Below, in pieces: positions 1 through 17,638 of a stretch of DNA of 64,000 bases. The notes below the pieces were generated by a model. It was given only the letters and a program-made list of their open reading frames with translations. It ran no database searches and had not been told where the DNA came from. Position 1 is the stretch's first letter. Every line of letters starts with the position of its first letter. Origin of the DNA: Leucoraja ocellata (lineage: Eukaryota); assembly GCA_036785375.1 (NCBI GenBank), contig JAWMAR010000351.1, positions 868,001 to 932,000 of the forward strand. The letters run 5' to 3'. The translations under genes were made by a program, and so were the position numbers.

Positions 1-991
1 CGAGTTTGTTAAATTAAAATGCCTCTACTTTAAAAAGTTAATGTTGAAGAGAAATAATTTCCTAAACAGGGTCAATGAAGAAAATGCATCATAAACTAAG
101 AGTTAGCTCATTCATGAGCAGCATCCAGAAGTATTATTCAGTACAAAGGATAAGTATACAAATCTGCCCCCAAGATGCTTTGAACCTGGCAATAAATTAG
201 CCAAGAGACTTATTTAGCAAAGATGGCAGTTATGAAGAGACCAGCTATGATCTAATTGATCTCATCTCTATCGGCTTATTTTAGCCAACAGCACAATCAT
301 ATTGTCTAAAGTTTCCATCTCCAATACCACGCGAAAATTGAACTATAGACCTTTTCCCAAAAATATCATCTATATAAATTCATTGAATACCGCACATTTG
401 AAAAGTCAAAAATAGTTATAACCAAGTTCATTCTTGTGTTTACAAAAGCAGACTGCTAAAGTTAAAACGATTTTAGTTAAAAAATGCAGAACTAGAAATG
501 GACAGTCCAGAAACAAGCCCAAAACTCCATTTAGACAACTGATCCCAGGCTGCAGTTTTGAACAAAGTTCCAAATCATTATTTGCAAACACTTCCCACTT
601 TTCCTCCTGAACAGCATAGCTACATTTTCCTACTTTGCTCCAGTTCTGGATTCCAAATTGAATAGTTTCTGTATTTACCCCAAGTCATTCTAATCATCTA
701 CACAAAACCATCTTAGTGAACTTGAGTTTCAAAAGTTGTTTGGTCCAGATTAGGAACCTTTCATAGAAAATATTGTTTTACAATAACATTATCAATTGCT
801 TACATGCAATTTCCCCCTCCCCCATGGAAGTTTGTTCATTTGCTACATTTCTTTTTGCCAGTTTGAATTTTCAAAATTGTAATGCCATGTGGCATATTGG
901 AGAGTTTTATTCAGCAAGCTTAGCATATTATTGGTTTAGAAATCCCATAATGTGGAGGTGTTGATATTCAAAGAGAAACCATGTTTGTAGG

Positions 992-1183
992 CGTTTAAGA
1001 AGGAACTGCAGATGCTGGAAAATCAAAGGTACACAAAAGCAGGTGCAGCAGCATCTATGGAGCGAAGGAGATAGGTAACGTTTCAGGCCGAAACCAAAGG
1101 TTTCGGCCCGAAACGTTGCCCATCTCCTTCGCTCCATAGATGCTGCTGCACCCGCTGAGATTCTCCAGCATTTTTGTGTTTGT
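992..1183. mobile_element. Fold-back Penelope-derived mini-element
   Basis: Inverted arms around ...gtttcaggccgaaac/gtttcggcccgaaacgtt...; 14-bp TSD ACCATGTTTGTAGG at 978-991 and 1184-1197. Confidence 0.8.
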
Positions 1184-1476
1184 ACCATGTTTGTAGGTGC
1201 TTGTTCCTAGTGTGGCACCAAGCCCTAGACCAGGGCTGGCAGTGAGCAACAATGAAACCGAATTCTAGGAAGTTTGAAACTATTTACTACTCCATATGCT
1301 GACCTACCCTAATAATTCCAAATTTGTGCAATCACTGAGCTTTCACTGGTTTGCACCCCAAACCTAAAGAGGAGGTGCCAAACTGAAAATGCAATGCAAA
1401 CATTAGAGTGTATGGAAATGAGCCCTTCAGCCCAGCTTCTCAGTCTAAAGGGTCTTGACCCAAAACATCACCCATT

Positions 1477-1670
1477 CATAGAAACATAGAAAATAGGTGC
1501 AGGAGTAGGCCATTTGGCCCTTCGAGCCTGCACCGCCATTCAATATGATCATGGCTGATCATCCAACTCAGTATCCTGTACCTGCCTTCTCTCCATACCC
1601 CCTGATCCCTTTAGCCACAAGGGCCACATCTAACTCCCTCTTAAATATAGCCAATGAACTGGCCTCAACT
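1477..1670 (-). mobile_element. CR1 LINE 3' tail nested in a Penelope-derived insert
   Basis: catagaaacatagaaaataggtgcaggagtaggcc... is the reverse complement of the 21830-21920 tail. Confidence 0.82.
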
Positions 1671-2349
1671 TCCTTCTCTCCAGAGATGCGGACTGTCTCG
1701 CTGGGTTACTCCAGCATTTTGTACCTATCTTCCGTGTCTAGCTAACATCTGCAGCACCATTCTACCCATTCTTCAGCTTAGCTCCTTCCAGCTGTTCAAG
1801 ATGCCTCATCCAAGATAATCCCATTTGCCCATGTTTGGCCCATATACCTCTAAGCCTTTCCATTCATTTCTCCACCTTTTCAAATAGTTTTAAAGTGCTG
1901 CAGTACCTGCCTCGACTGGTAGATCCTTCCATATAACCACCTTCCCGAGTGAATTATTTGGGATGTCATTGTCCAATTACAGTAACATTCCATTGGGCCC
2001 ACTGGAAGGCAACAAGAAACCAGACTGTTCCCAAATTTAGGATTAAGCAGAAATAGTTTCAGCAGCCAGGTTCCACCTGATCAGATGAGATCCATGAGCT
2101 TTAAAAATGACAATTCCCCATACAAGTTCACCAAGTAGAACAACCATAACAATTTGATTGCAAGCGTTAAAATGTCAAGATTCAGCCAAGTAGACCATTA
2201 TTTTGGTGGGATCAGAAACCCAACATCAGGAAACAATTTAAAGGATGGAGGAAAAATGCTAGGACCAGAATGGTTTACATCATCCTTGGCAAGCTTGGAG
2301 ATTTAAGGAAATTTGAGCAAGCAAGCTTGAAAGAGTAACAGATCAGTTA

Positions 2350-2630
2350 CATTTAGGAAACAGGCCCTTCAGTCCACGCTGATTATTAATCAGCTGTTCC
2401 ATAGTGCCATGTTATCTTACTTTCTCATCCACTCCCATGGTTGGATTTTACAGAGGCCTACATACCTCATGCTTTTGGGATGTGACAGCAAACCATAGCA
2501 CCTAGAGGAAGCTCACGAGGTCATAGGGGCATAGAGTATGTGCATGGTCCACAAACAGCACCCAAGGTCAAGATCGAACCTGTGTCTCTGGTGCCAAGGC
2601 CAAGCTTTATCAGTTGCACCACTGCCGACC
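2350..2630 (-). mobile_element. Degenerate tRNA-derived SINE
   Basis: Head gtcggcagtggtgcaactg, B-box ggttcgatc and tail. Confidence 0.65.
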
Positions 2631-3171
2631 TAAAAATACTAAAACGTTTTTGCTCACATTTTCCACTTGATACAATATAAAGTGACATCAGTCTTAAGTG
2701 ACTAAGATGGTCAGGGGAGCAGTTGCATGGGAAAACCACCAGCAAGATGCACTCTCCCACCTTGAGCATTCATCACCATGGGAACAGGGCTCATTCTGTT
2801 CAGCCAACGTGATCTCGACTCACTCGATCTACTCCTCCGTGCCAGACAGAAATAACTTAACTGACCCCAGACTTCAGGTTTCTGCAGATTCCAAATCTCA
2901 CATTTAGTCGCCTTGATCCCACCAAGTAAATTTGTCAACACAAATTTCACTCCAGATCTCAATCAGAACCCTTCCTTAATCTTTTAAACTCAAAAATACA
3001 CCGGTTCTCAATGTAACCTTTTAAGACGCAGCACAGCGGTTTGAAGCAAAAAGCGCACACTTTGCAAACGCACGGCTAGGGAATTGACACAAGTTTGAAA
3101 GGAACTCAAAGATTCTTTAAAATAGTTGTGCACTAAAAGGATCAACCGTTCAAGTAGGTAATGATATACTG

Positions 3172-3177
3172 TTTATT
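3172..3177 (-). terminator. Probable IER5L polyadenylation signal
   Basis: AATAAA on minus strand after a U-rich UTR-like tract (tgtatctgtacttttgtgcttttAATAAAc), ~1.66 kb after the stop codon. Confidence 0.55.
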
Positions 3178-4747
3178 AAAAGCACAAAAGTACAGATACA
3201 AACACAGTAGAGATGATGTTGACAGATGAAACCTCCCAAATTAAAACTGGTCAGTTACACGCTATAAACGTTTCATTAAAAACTTTGAGCCTTAACACCT
3301 TTTTACAACAAAAGGCTTCGCCAAACAAACTTTGGCAAGAAATTTTGCATCGGGTAACATTTCGTTCAGTTTACCGATTCATAAAATGGAAACACTGTTA
3401 ACAGCCTCACCATTTAACTGCACGCTCACGTTAAAAGGTTTACTGTGTTGAACTGCTCGACGACAAAACAAAACGTTGAAAAGCTTTTGGAACCAGACTA
3501 ATCAAGGGGGGGGGGGGGGGGGGGGAAGAACTGTTCTATTTACAAAATGCAAAAATAAAAATTGCAACCTTGATCTGGACTAATGCTCGTCTGAAGTAGC
3601 GTTTTAATCCGCATCCATCATATCGCGCCGTTTCAATGACTACTGCCCACGACTATAACCAGATGAAAGTTTAATTTAGGAGTGGGAATGTGTAGGAAAT
3701 CATTCTGCGTTAAAACACTATGCAGACCAGTCAGACGGGTGACTTTTCCATGTTAGATGGGATGTTACCGGCGCAATATCGACTTTAAAATAGAAATCAC
3801 TACACTGTTTCAGTGCTCTGCATTTAAAATTCGTAGCAAACGCACAGGAGAATCAACATTACAAGTCTTCCACTATTGTAATTTCAAATACACTTTGGAC
3901 GAATTGTTCGCGATTCACATTGCGCGCGTTAAAGTTTTAACAAAGGGGTAAATATCTTTCCAAATTATAATTGGTTGATGTTTCGCCATCGTTAAAAAAA
4001 ACGCGGAATGAAAATAATTTCAGAAACAGCGTTTAAAAAGTGCTCCCAATGCAGGAAAACCAACATTTAAAACAATAGCGAGCCAATGGGCCCCACCACT
4101 CCCAAAAGGGAGTAGAAGTTAATGCAATTTGAAGTCTCGTTATCTCAAATAAAAAAGTTAAAATTTAGGAAACGTTTAGAAGTCTGCTGAATATTAAAAG
4201 GAGACGTGTTCGGGATAAAAAAGTTGCGCCACAAGATCAATTTAATTCCGCATTGTGGAGAGTCGGTGCATGTCTCCTTTAAAAGCGCAGGGCCGGGTCA
4301 CGTGACGCCGCCAGCTTCCCCCCGCCCCCATTCAACCCAACGGCGACGATCCCTGGCGTCAGGGAGTCTGACACCATTTAAAGGGACAGCGCTCCTCTTA
4401 AAGCGACACCAATTTCGCGCTGGTTTGGAAAAAAGTGGCACTCAAAATCCGTGGCTTCTCGTTTTTTAGCCCTGGGGGAAAAAACCCCCCTCATTTTACC
4501 TCCCCAACCCCATCAAAGATTTACGCAAGTCGATCATCCAATTTCCGGGGGAGGGGTCGTGGGGTTGCTGACCTCCAAGTCTTGCATTGTAAACGATTGA
4601 CTTTTTAAGTTGCTATGCTTTTAAAGTTCCGAACCTCCAAAACAAAAAAAAAACAACACATTTGTCTCCAGTTGGAAGTGTGGTCCAGATTTGTTCTGCC
4701 TGTTACAGTATAAAAATAATAAACACAGCACAAGCACACGCATCGCG

Positions 4748-4789
4748 CACACACACACATACACACACCCACACACATACACACACCCA

Positions 4790-4822
<33 letters not shown>
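4748..4822. repeat. (CA)n/(CACACACATA)-type microsatellite immediately after the IER5L stop codon
   Basis: Direct reading. Confidence 0.95.
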
Positions 4823-4823
<1 letters not shown>

Positions 4824-4832
4824 GGAAAGCGC

Positions 4833-5684
4833 TCAAAAAGCCACGATCGCTCTAGTCCATGCCCCTAAACTGGCGAGCGCCTGTTTGCTGCACAATTGCC
4901 CGTTCTGTTTGACTTCTGACTGAAGCAACTGCTCCGAGTCCGCCCGGCTCACCAAGCCGGAGAAGCCCGAGCCGAAGATGGAGATAAGGTTGGATATGTT
5001 GGAAGGGTCCGTGCAGTCCAAGGTTTGACCGGCGCTAGAGTAGTCTTCGAACCGGACTCGCTTAACCGGCGAAGAAAAGTCTTCTGCTTCGTTTGGGTAA
5101 AAGCTACTGCTCGAGTCCGACTTGCGCTTCCTGCCGCCGGTACTGCTAGCGCAACAACAGGCGCAGTCTTGGAGGTAGCCGTTGTCCACCGTGGTGACCG
5201 TGTGAGTGTCCAGATCCAGCACTGTGGTCTTGGTACAGTGGGTCCCACCAACGCCACCACCTCCCGACGGCTCATAGTTCGTGCCTGGGTACGAAGCCGA
5301 GCAAGAGAGCCGGTATAGAGGGTGCTCAGGTTCCGCGTCCTTACTGAGTTGAGTGTGCAGGTGGCCGGGCTGGTGGTCGAGCGGGCTGCAGACGTTCTCC
5401 CCTTGGCCGCTGTTTGCCTCCACCATCTCTTCCACCACTTCGAGCGGGTGATTGCCTTGGATCTCTCCCGAGATGTCTAACATGTCGTGTACCTCCTCGT
5501 ACTGGTGCATGCCGTAGATCTCGGCGTACTTCTCGCTCATGTAGACTTGCCGGGCGTTTCGGAGCACATAGGAGACCAGGAGGTTCTTGTGAAGCTTGAT
5601 ACCTCCTCTCTGAGTTCTCGAATTGTGGATTTTGCGGAGAGAGATTGTGATCAAGCTTTGTGCATTGACGGCACAATCCATCAT
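4833..5684 (-). CDS. IER5L: Immediate early response 5-like protein (single exon, 283 aa)
   Basis: N-terminal IER/SERTA-like motif MMDCAVNAQSLITISLRKIHNSRTQRGGIKLHKNLLVSYVLRNARQVY and C-terminal NISNLISIFGSGFSGL...ALASLGAWTRAIVAF match IER5L. The ORF track starts at a GTG (5708); the first ATG is at 5684. Confidence 0.93.
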   Translation of the reverse strand: MMDCAVNAQSLITISLRKIHNSRTQRGGIKLHKNLLVSYVLRNARQVYMSEKYAEIYGMHQYEEVHDMLDISGEIQGNHPLEVVEEMVEANSGQGENVCSPLDHQPGHLHTQLSKDAEPEHPLYRLSCSASYPGTNYEPSGGGGVGGTHCTKTTVLDLDTHTVTTVDNGYLQDCACCCASSTGGRKRKSDSSSSFYPNEAEDFSSPVKRVRFEDYSSAGQTLDCTDPSNISNLISIFGSGFSGLVSRADSEQLLQSEVKQNGQLCSKQALASLGAWTRAIVAF

Positions 5685-5910
5685 GACCGACCGCCGTTGG
5701 TTCTCCACTCAATGAACAAGCCACTTTTTGTTAGTTGCCCCCACACACAAACAAAAATCCAGTCCTGTACTGGGGCGGGAGGGGAGCACTGCTCGGCAGA
5801 GAACCTTCGCCTTTTTCTGAGTGCCTGTGTGTGTATATATGTTCCCAACCCACAATACGCCTTCCCTCTTCTTCCTGCACTGACACTGCGAGCAGTAAGA
5901 AGGTTTAGGG

Positions 5911-6020
5911 CATTTATATGGCATGAATGAGTCATTTGCAATTTCCCCTGGCCACTCAGACTGCAGAATCGTGAGCTGATAGACAGCATCACCACCCCGC
6001 CCCGTGTGCATCGAACCAAT
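5911..6020 (-). promoter_or_regulatory. IER5L proximal promoter: TATA box, AP-1 site, GC box, CCAAT
   Basis: TATAAA on minus at 5913-5918; perfect TGAGTCA at 5928-5934; CCCCGCCCC at 5995-6003; CCAAT at 6016-6020. Confidence 0.7.
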
Positions 6021-6759
6021 GGGAGTGAGGCGGTTCCTCATTGCTGTTTAAATCCACTGTGAAAGCTGAACTGACACAGGCAAGGCTGGGGAAGGAAAAA
6101 AAAATCCCTTCTATAGCTACACTGCAACTCAGAGCACCAGCTCAGCAAGGAAAAGCTTCACTCCTAAATTAGTCCCGCAAATAGAATAACCAGCATTTAT
6201 CAGAACCCTTCATAACATTTGGCACTCATTACTTAAAGCCTCAAATTTAATTGGAAGAAAAAATATTTATTGTATTTTTTTCCAAATTTTATTAAAGTAC
6301 ACTTTTCTGTTCTCGTGTTAAATAATCAGAAATCATCTCCACAATTGGAAAATATTCAGAGAAGCTAGTTTGGGGAGGGATTTTGTTTCATTTTTAATTT
6401 TGTGCTTCCAGATTTTGTAACTTTGTAAGCACCCTTTATGGGCGACTACCTTGGCTATTCAAGCAAAGAATTTCACTGACTTGTCACATGTGGCAATAAA
6501 GTATTCAATTCAATTCAAAGACATCTTAAGTAATATGTATAATGACATAGGTGATCATTTGTCTCAACTGGTCTATAGGGGACAATCGCATTGATATTAT
6601 ATGCAGTTTTGCAGGATGAACGTGGATGCTTTGGAGAAAGTGCAGAAGAGATTCACCAGAATGCTGCCTGGATTTGATGGTATGACCCATAAAGAGGTTG
6701 GACCAACTTGGATTTAAGAGGTTTTTTAATAAGCAAATGGATATGCAAGGAATTAAGGT

Positions 6760-6959
6760 NNNNNNNNNNNNNNNNNNNNNNNNNNNNNNNNNNNNNNNNN
6801 NNNNNNNNNNNNNNNNNNNNNNNNNNNNNNNNNNNNNNNNNNNNNNNNNNNNNNNNNNNNNNNNNNNNNNNNNNNNNNNNNNNNNNNNNNNNNNNNNNNN
6901 NNNNNNNNNNNNNNNNNNNNNNNNNNNNNNNNNNNNNNNNNNNNNNNNNNNNNNNNNNN
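6760..6959. other. Assembly gap (200 N)
   Basis: Run of N. Confidence 1.
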
Positions 6960-8277
6960 GAAAAAAAAATGCTAATGTACAATACTCCTGAAGATATACT
7001 ACACACCAGCAGAAATTTAATTTGCACCCGTGAAACTGTCATTTGTTGCTCCAGTTATATTACTGTCTAAGGGGGTATTGGGCAGGTGTTAAGCAGATAT
7101 TCTCATAATACTGTTGCAATTTCATTGAAATGTAGATCAGGACAAATATACAAAGCCAAATTAGGGCACCATTCTGGCAAGGTTTAGGAACAAGGCATGT
7201 ATAGCGATACATAATGGCCTATTTTATAACCGTTAATGCAAGTGATAGAATTTCCCACTCAGCAATTGAAAAGTCAAACAAGTGAGAAAAGGTCAACGCA
7301 AAAAAAAAAACTGCATGAATCAGGATTAATGGAATTGGGACAAGTTCAACCCACAAAGCAGTTTGGTATTCGGAGACCAACCTTTTCACTGCACATTAAC
7401 AATTCAAAATGGTTATTATTTAGTACGAAAAAAATAAATTCATGAAATAGCAACAAGAAAATTAAGCTAAATGAGCTTAAAATACTTGCATTTAGGATTT
7501 TGAAAACTAAGCTCCCAGTGGTGTCACATTACTGATCGGATAATTGAATCCCAAATGAAAAAAACAACGAATAACATAACCAGAAATAAATGTATTCAAG
7601 AACACATCAAATCCAGTATATGTATTGTACCATTAATTCAAATTCAATAATCAAGCCCAACGGAGGTTCAGATAATTATCTATACACAATCTGTAAAATG
7701 GGGCTAATCGCAGTTGGCATGGTACCCATGGCGCATTTTAGATCAACAAAACAAGCCATCAGATATATAGCTATTGCCAAGACAACACACAACTTAAACT
7801 TAACTAGAAGTCAAAACAAATCTTGGAATTTAAGAGACACCATTAATTAACCAACTGTCCAATGCAGAATATGGTTATCAAACTTGCAATGCAGCACTGG
7901 ACCCATTTGAGTAAAGGGAATGCCAAGTTGCAATCTTATTCTGTTTTAGTTACAATCTAATAGCTATTAAATACAGAAAAGGAATCTAATTACACACATT
8001 TGGGCTGTTTACATATATTTGAACACAGACCAGGCTAGAAACACTTAGTGTACAATAGTAGGACCAAATACATTAATTGCTCTTATGCCTATACTGCATT
8101 TAAATAAATTGCATATTAAATTGCAATACCAAAAATAAAATCACATTCAGCAGATGACATGACTGGTTTTCAACTTTTGTAACTTATTTGGTTATAAAGA
8201 ATATTGAATGCAAAAAAAATAATAATTTGGAATGGCCACTTTGAAACAACAATTTGGACGGTCATTGTCAGATATTA

Positions 8278-8370
8278 GGTAGACACAATATGCTGGAGTA
8301 ACTCAGTGGGACAGGCAGCATCTCTGGAGACGGAATGGGTGATGTTTCGGGTCAAGACCCTTCTTCAGAC
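8278..8370 (-). mobile_element. 93-bp Penelope-derived insert with hammerhead core
   Basis: 11-bp TSD GTCAGATATTA at 8267-8277 and 8371-8381; minus strand GTCTGAAGAAGGGTCTTGACCCGAAACATCACC. Confidence 0.8.
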
Positions 8371-8506
8371 GTCAGATATTACTTCAGATCCATAGAATTT
8401 CCTCTAAACGTTATAAAATTATTATTCAAGATGTCTGATAACAAGCTCTCAGAACATTCCAGGTGAAAAGTAAACTCACCACACACTTTTTGTGTACACA
8501 TTTAGT

Positions 8507-8512
8507 TTTATT
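8507..8512 (-). terminator. SET proximal polyadenylation signal
   Basis: AATAAA in ...ttgctttgttacAATAAAactaaatgtgtacac, with a UGUA element upstream. Confidence 0.75.
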
Positions 8513-9275
8513 GTAACAAAGCAACTTGTACACTTTTAACGTTTAAAACTGAGCAATTTTCCTTTCCAGTGAAACAAAAAAAAATTACATTAGAGAATGT
8601 AGATTCCAATAAGATTCTACAGGTTGTCACCGTCTGCTGTGGGGCTCAAATCGATTAATATTTAAAAGTATTGGCTTTAGTTGCACGGGATGTTGTAAAA
8701 ATATACAATGCATCAACGTGCTAAGTACAGCCACGTCCTCAAAATACCCAACAAACCCACCCAGTAGAACCCAACCAGCTGCATCTACCTCAGGTGCGTC
8801 AATCACACCCCGATTTGTTACAAGAGAGAAGGAAACAAGGACTTGATGGTAACTGCTATTTGTCCACAATACATGGAAACAGTGTAATCTCTGGGCCAGA
8901 ACAGGTAAGAAAAAAGCCTATTCAAATCATCTATGGTCACAGCACAAAAGGTAGAGAGAAGTTCTGGGCTTCCAGCAGAGGGAATTTGCGTTTGTTGGTG
9001 GTGATGGGGTTAAAATAAAAAGTAAAAAAAAAATCACATTACTATGGATATCTGCCTGCTGATCAGCTGGTTGGAGGACAATTCATATCAGTTCGTGGAA
9101 AATGGCAGAAAGAGATTGCCACTGTAGTTTGCGCATGTAACTCATCCCAATTGTGTATAATGGTTTAAGGACCTCAGGAGAACAAGGAAACTGAGCACAA
9201 AGAGACAGCAACTTGCTCCCAGGGACTAAAGAGAAAAAAAGTAGGGGGAAGAGGTGAATGTCAACAGCAAACAAA

Positions 9276-16754
<7,479 letters not shown>

Positions 16755-16879
16755 CTTGGAAGGAGGAAAGAGGGGGGAAATAAAAAAAGAGGGGAAAAAA
16801 GATGAAAAGCTCTAGATGCGCTTTTATTTAGTTTAATCTTCCCTTCACTCGTTCTCTTTCCCCCTCTCGAAGGCTCAGA

Positions 16880-17300
16880 GTGGGTCTCGCGCCTCTATCA
16901 CAGTGGAAAAAAAACGCTCGAGCCCAGCAGCTCCACACGCACGCGCGCGCAGACACACACACACACACCACAGCACAGCACTCCGAGCCGCCGCCACCAC
17001 GCAGGCGCGTCGCGCCGCCCTTGCTCCGACATACCCTTCAGCGTCGCCTTCCATTGGCCCATCTCGGCGGCGGCGCGAGGGCGGCGGTGACGTCACGAAG
17101 CAGCGGGCACCAATTGGACCAGGTCGTCATGGTGACAGGGCGCACTGATTGGATCGTGTCGAATATTAGCTCATGCTCGGTGTATGAGGGTTTTTTTTGT
17201 GTGTGTGGGGGAGGCGGATGAGTTCTAGGCTTGGGGGCATTTCTGTCGAGAAATAAATGAAAATCGGTTGAGATTTCGTTTGATTTTGTAACTCGACGGG
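16880..17300. promoter_or_regulatory. Bidirectional CpG-island promoter shared by SET and DYNC2I2
   Basis: Divergent ATGs at 16754 and 17303; CCAAT/ATTGG boxes at 17053, 17110-17117 and 17148; perfect CRE TGACGTCA at 17088-17095; RFX X-box-like GTCGTCATGGTGAC at 17123-17136. Confidence 0.85.
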
Positions 17301-17302
17301 CC

Positions 17303-17638
17303 ATGTTCACCGACGAGGCGCAAGAGGCCGTGACGGTGGAGTCGCGCTGGAGAAAAACTCCCGAGTTCTGTGACGCAGTTTGTCAAACAGTGGAGGTTCG
17401 GCGCGCCGAAGCCTCAGTGCAGATACGACGCAGCGCGGAGATCAGTACGCAGACAGAGCTTTCCGACCGCCGAGACCTCTCTGTCGCGGATCGCAGCATC
17501 GAACCATCGGTTGATTTCCCACGCCTAGCCCGCTTCCTGCGGCAAGTGGAGCCGATGGTGATCAAGGAGTTAAGGAAGAATATCCAGAGCCACGCGTTTG
17601 ATGGATTTGAAGTTAACTGGGTAGACCAGCCACAGACA
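17303..17638 (+). CDS. DYNC2I2: DYNC2I2 exon 1
   Basis: [10 protein letters not shown]...[40 protein letters not shown]|GTGAGT. Confidence 0.9.

Noticed and set aside
4605-4868. CV/HT-repeat ORFs
   Set aside because: Translations of the (CA)n microsatellite.
5685-5708. N-terminal extension of IER5L from GTG (MENQRRSV)
   Set aside because: The ORF track used a GTG start; homology begins at the ATG pair at 5684/5681.
4949-6041. Overlapping alternative-frame and antisense ORFs over IER5L
   Set aside because: Expected by-products of GC-rich coding DNA; no recognisable motifs.
6653-7070. ORFs spanning the poly-X stretch
   Set aside because: Artefacts of the N gap.
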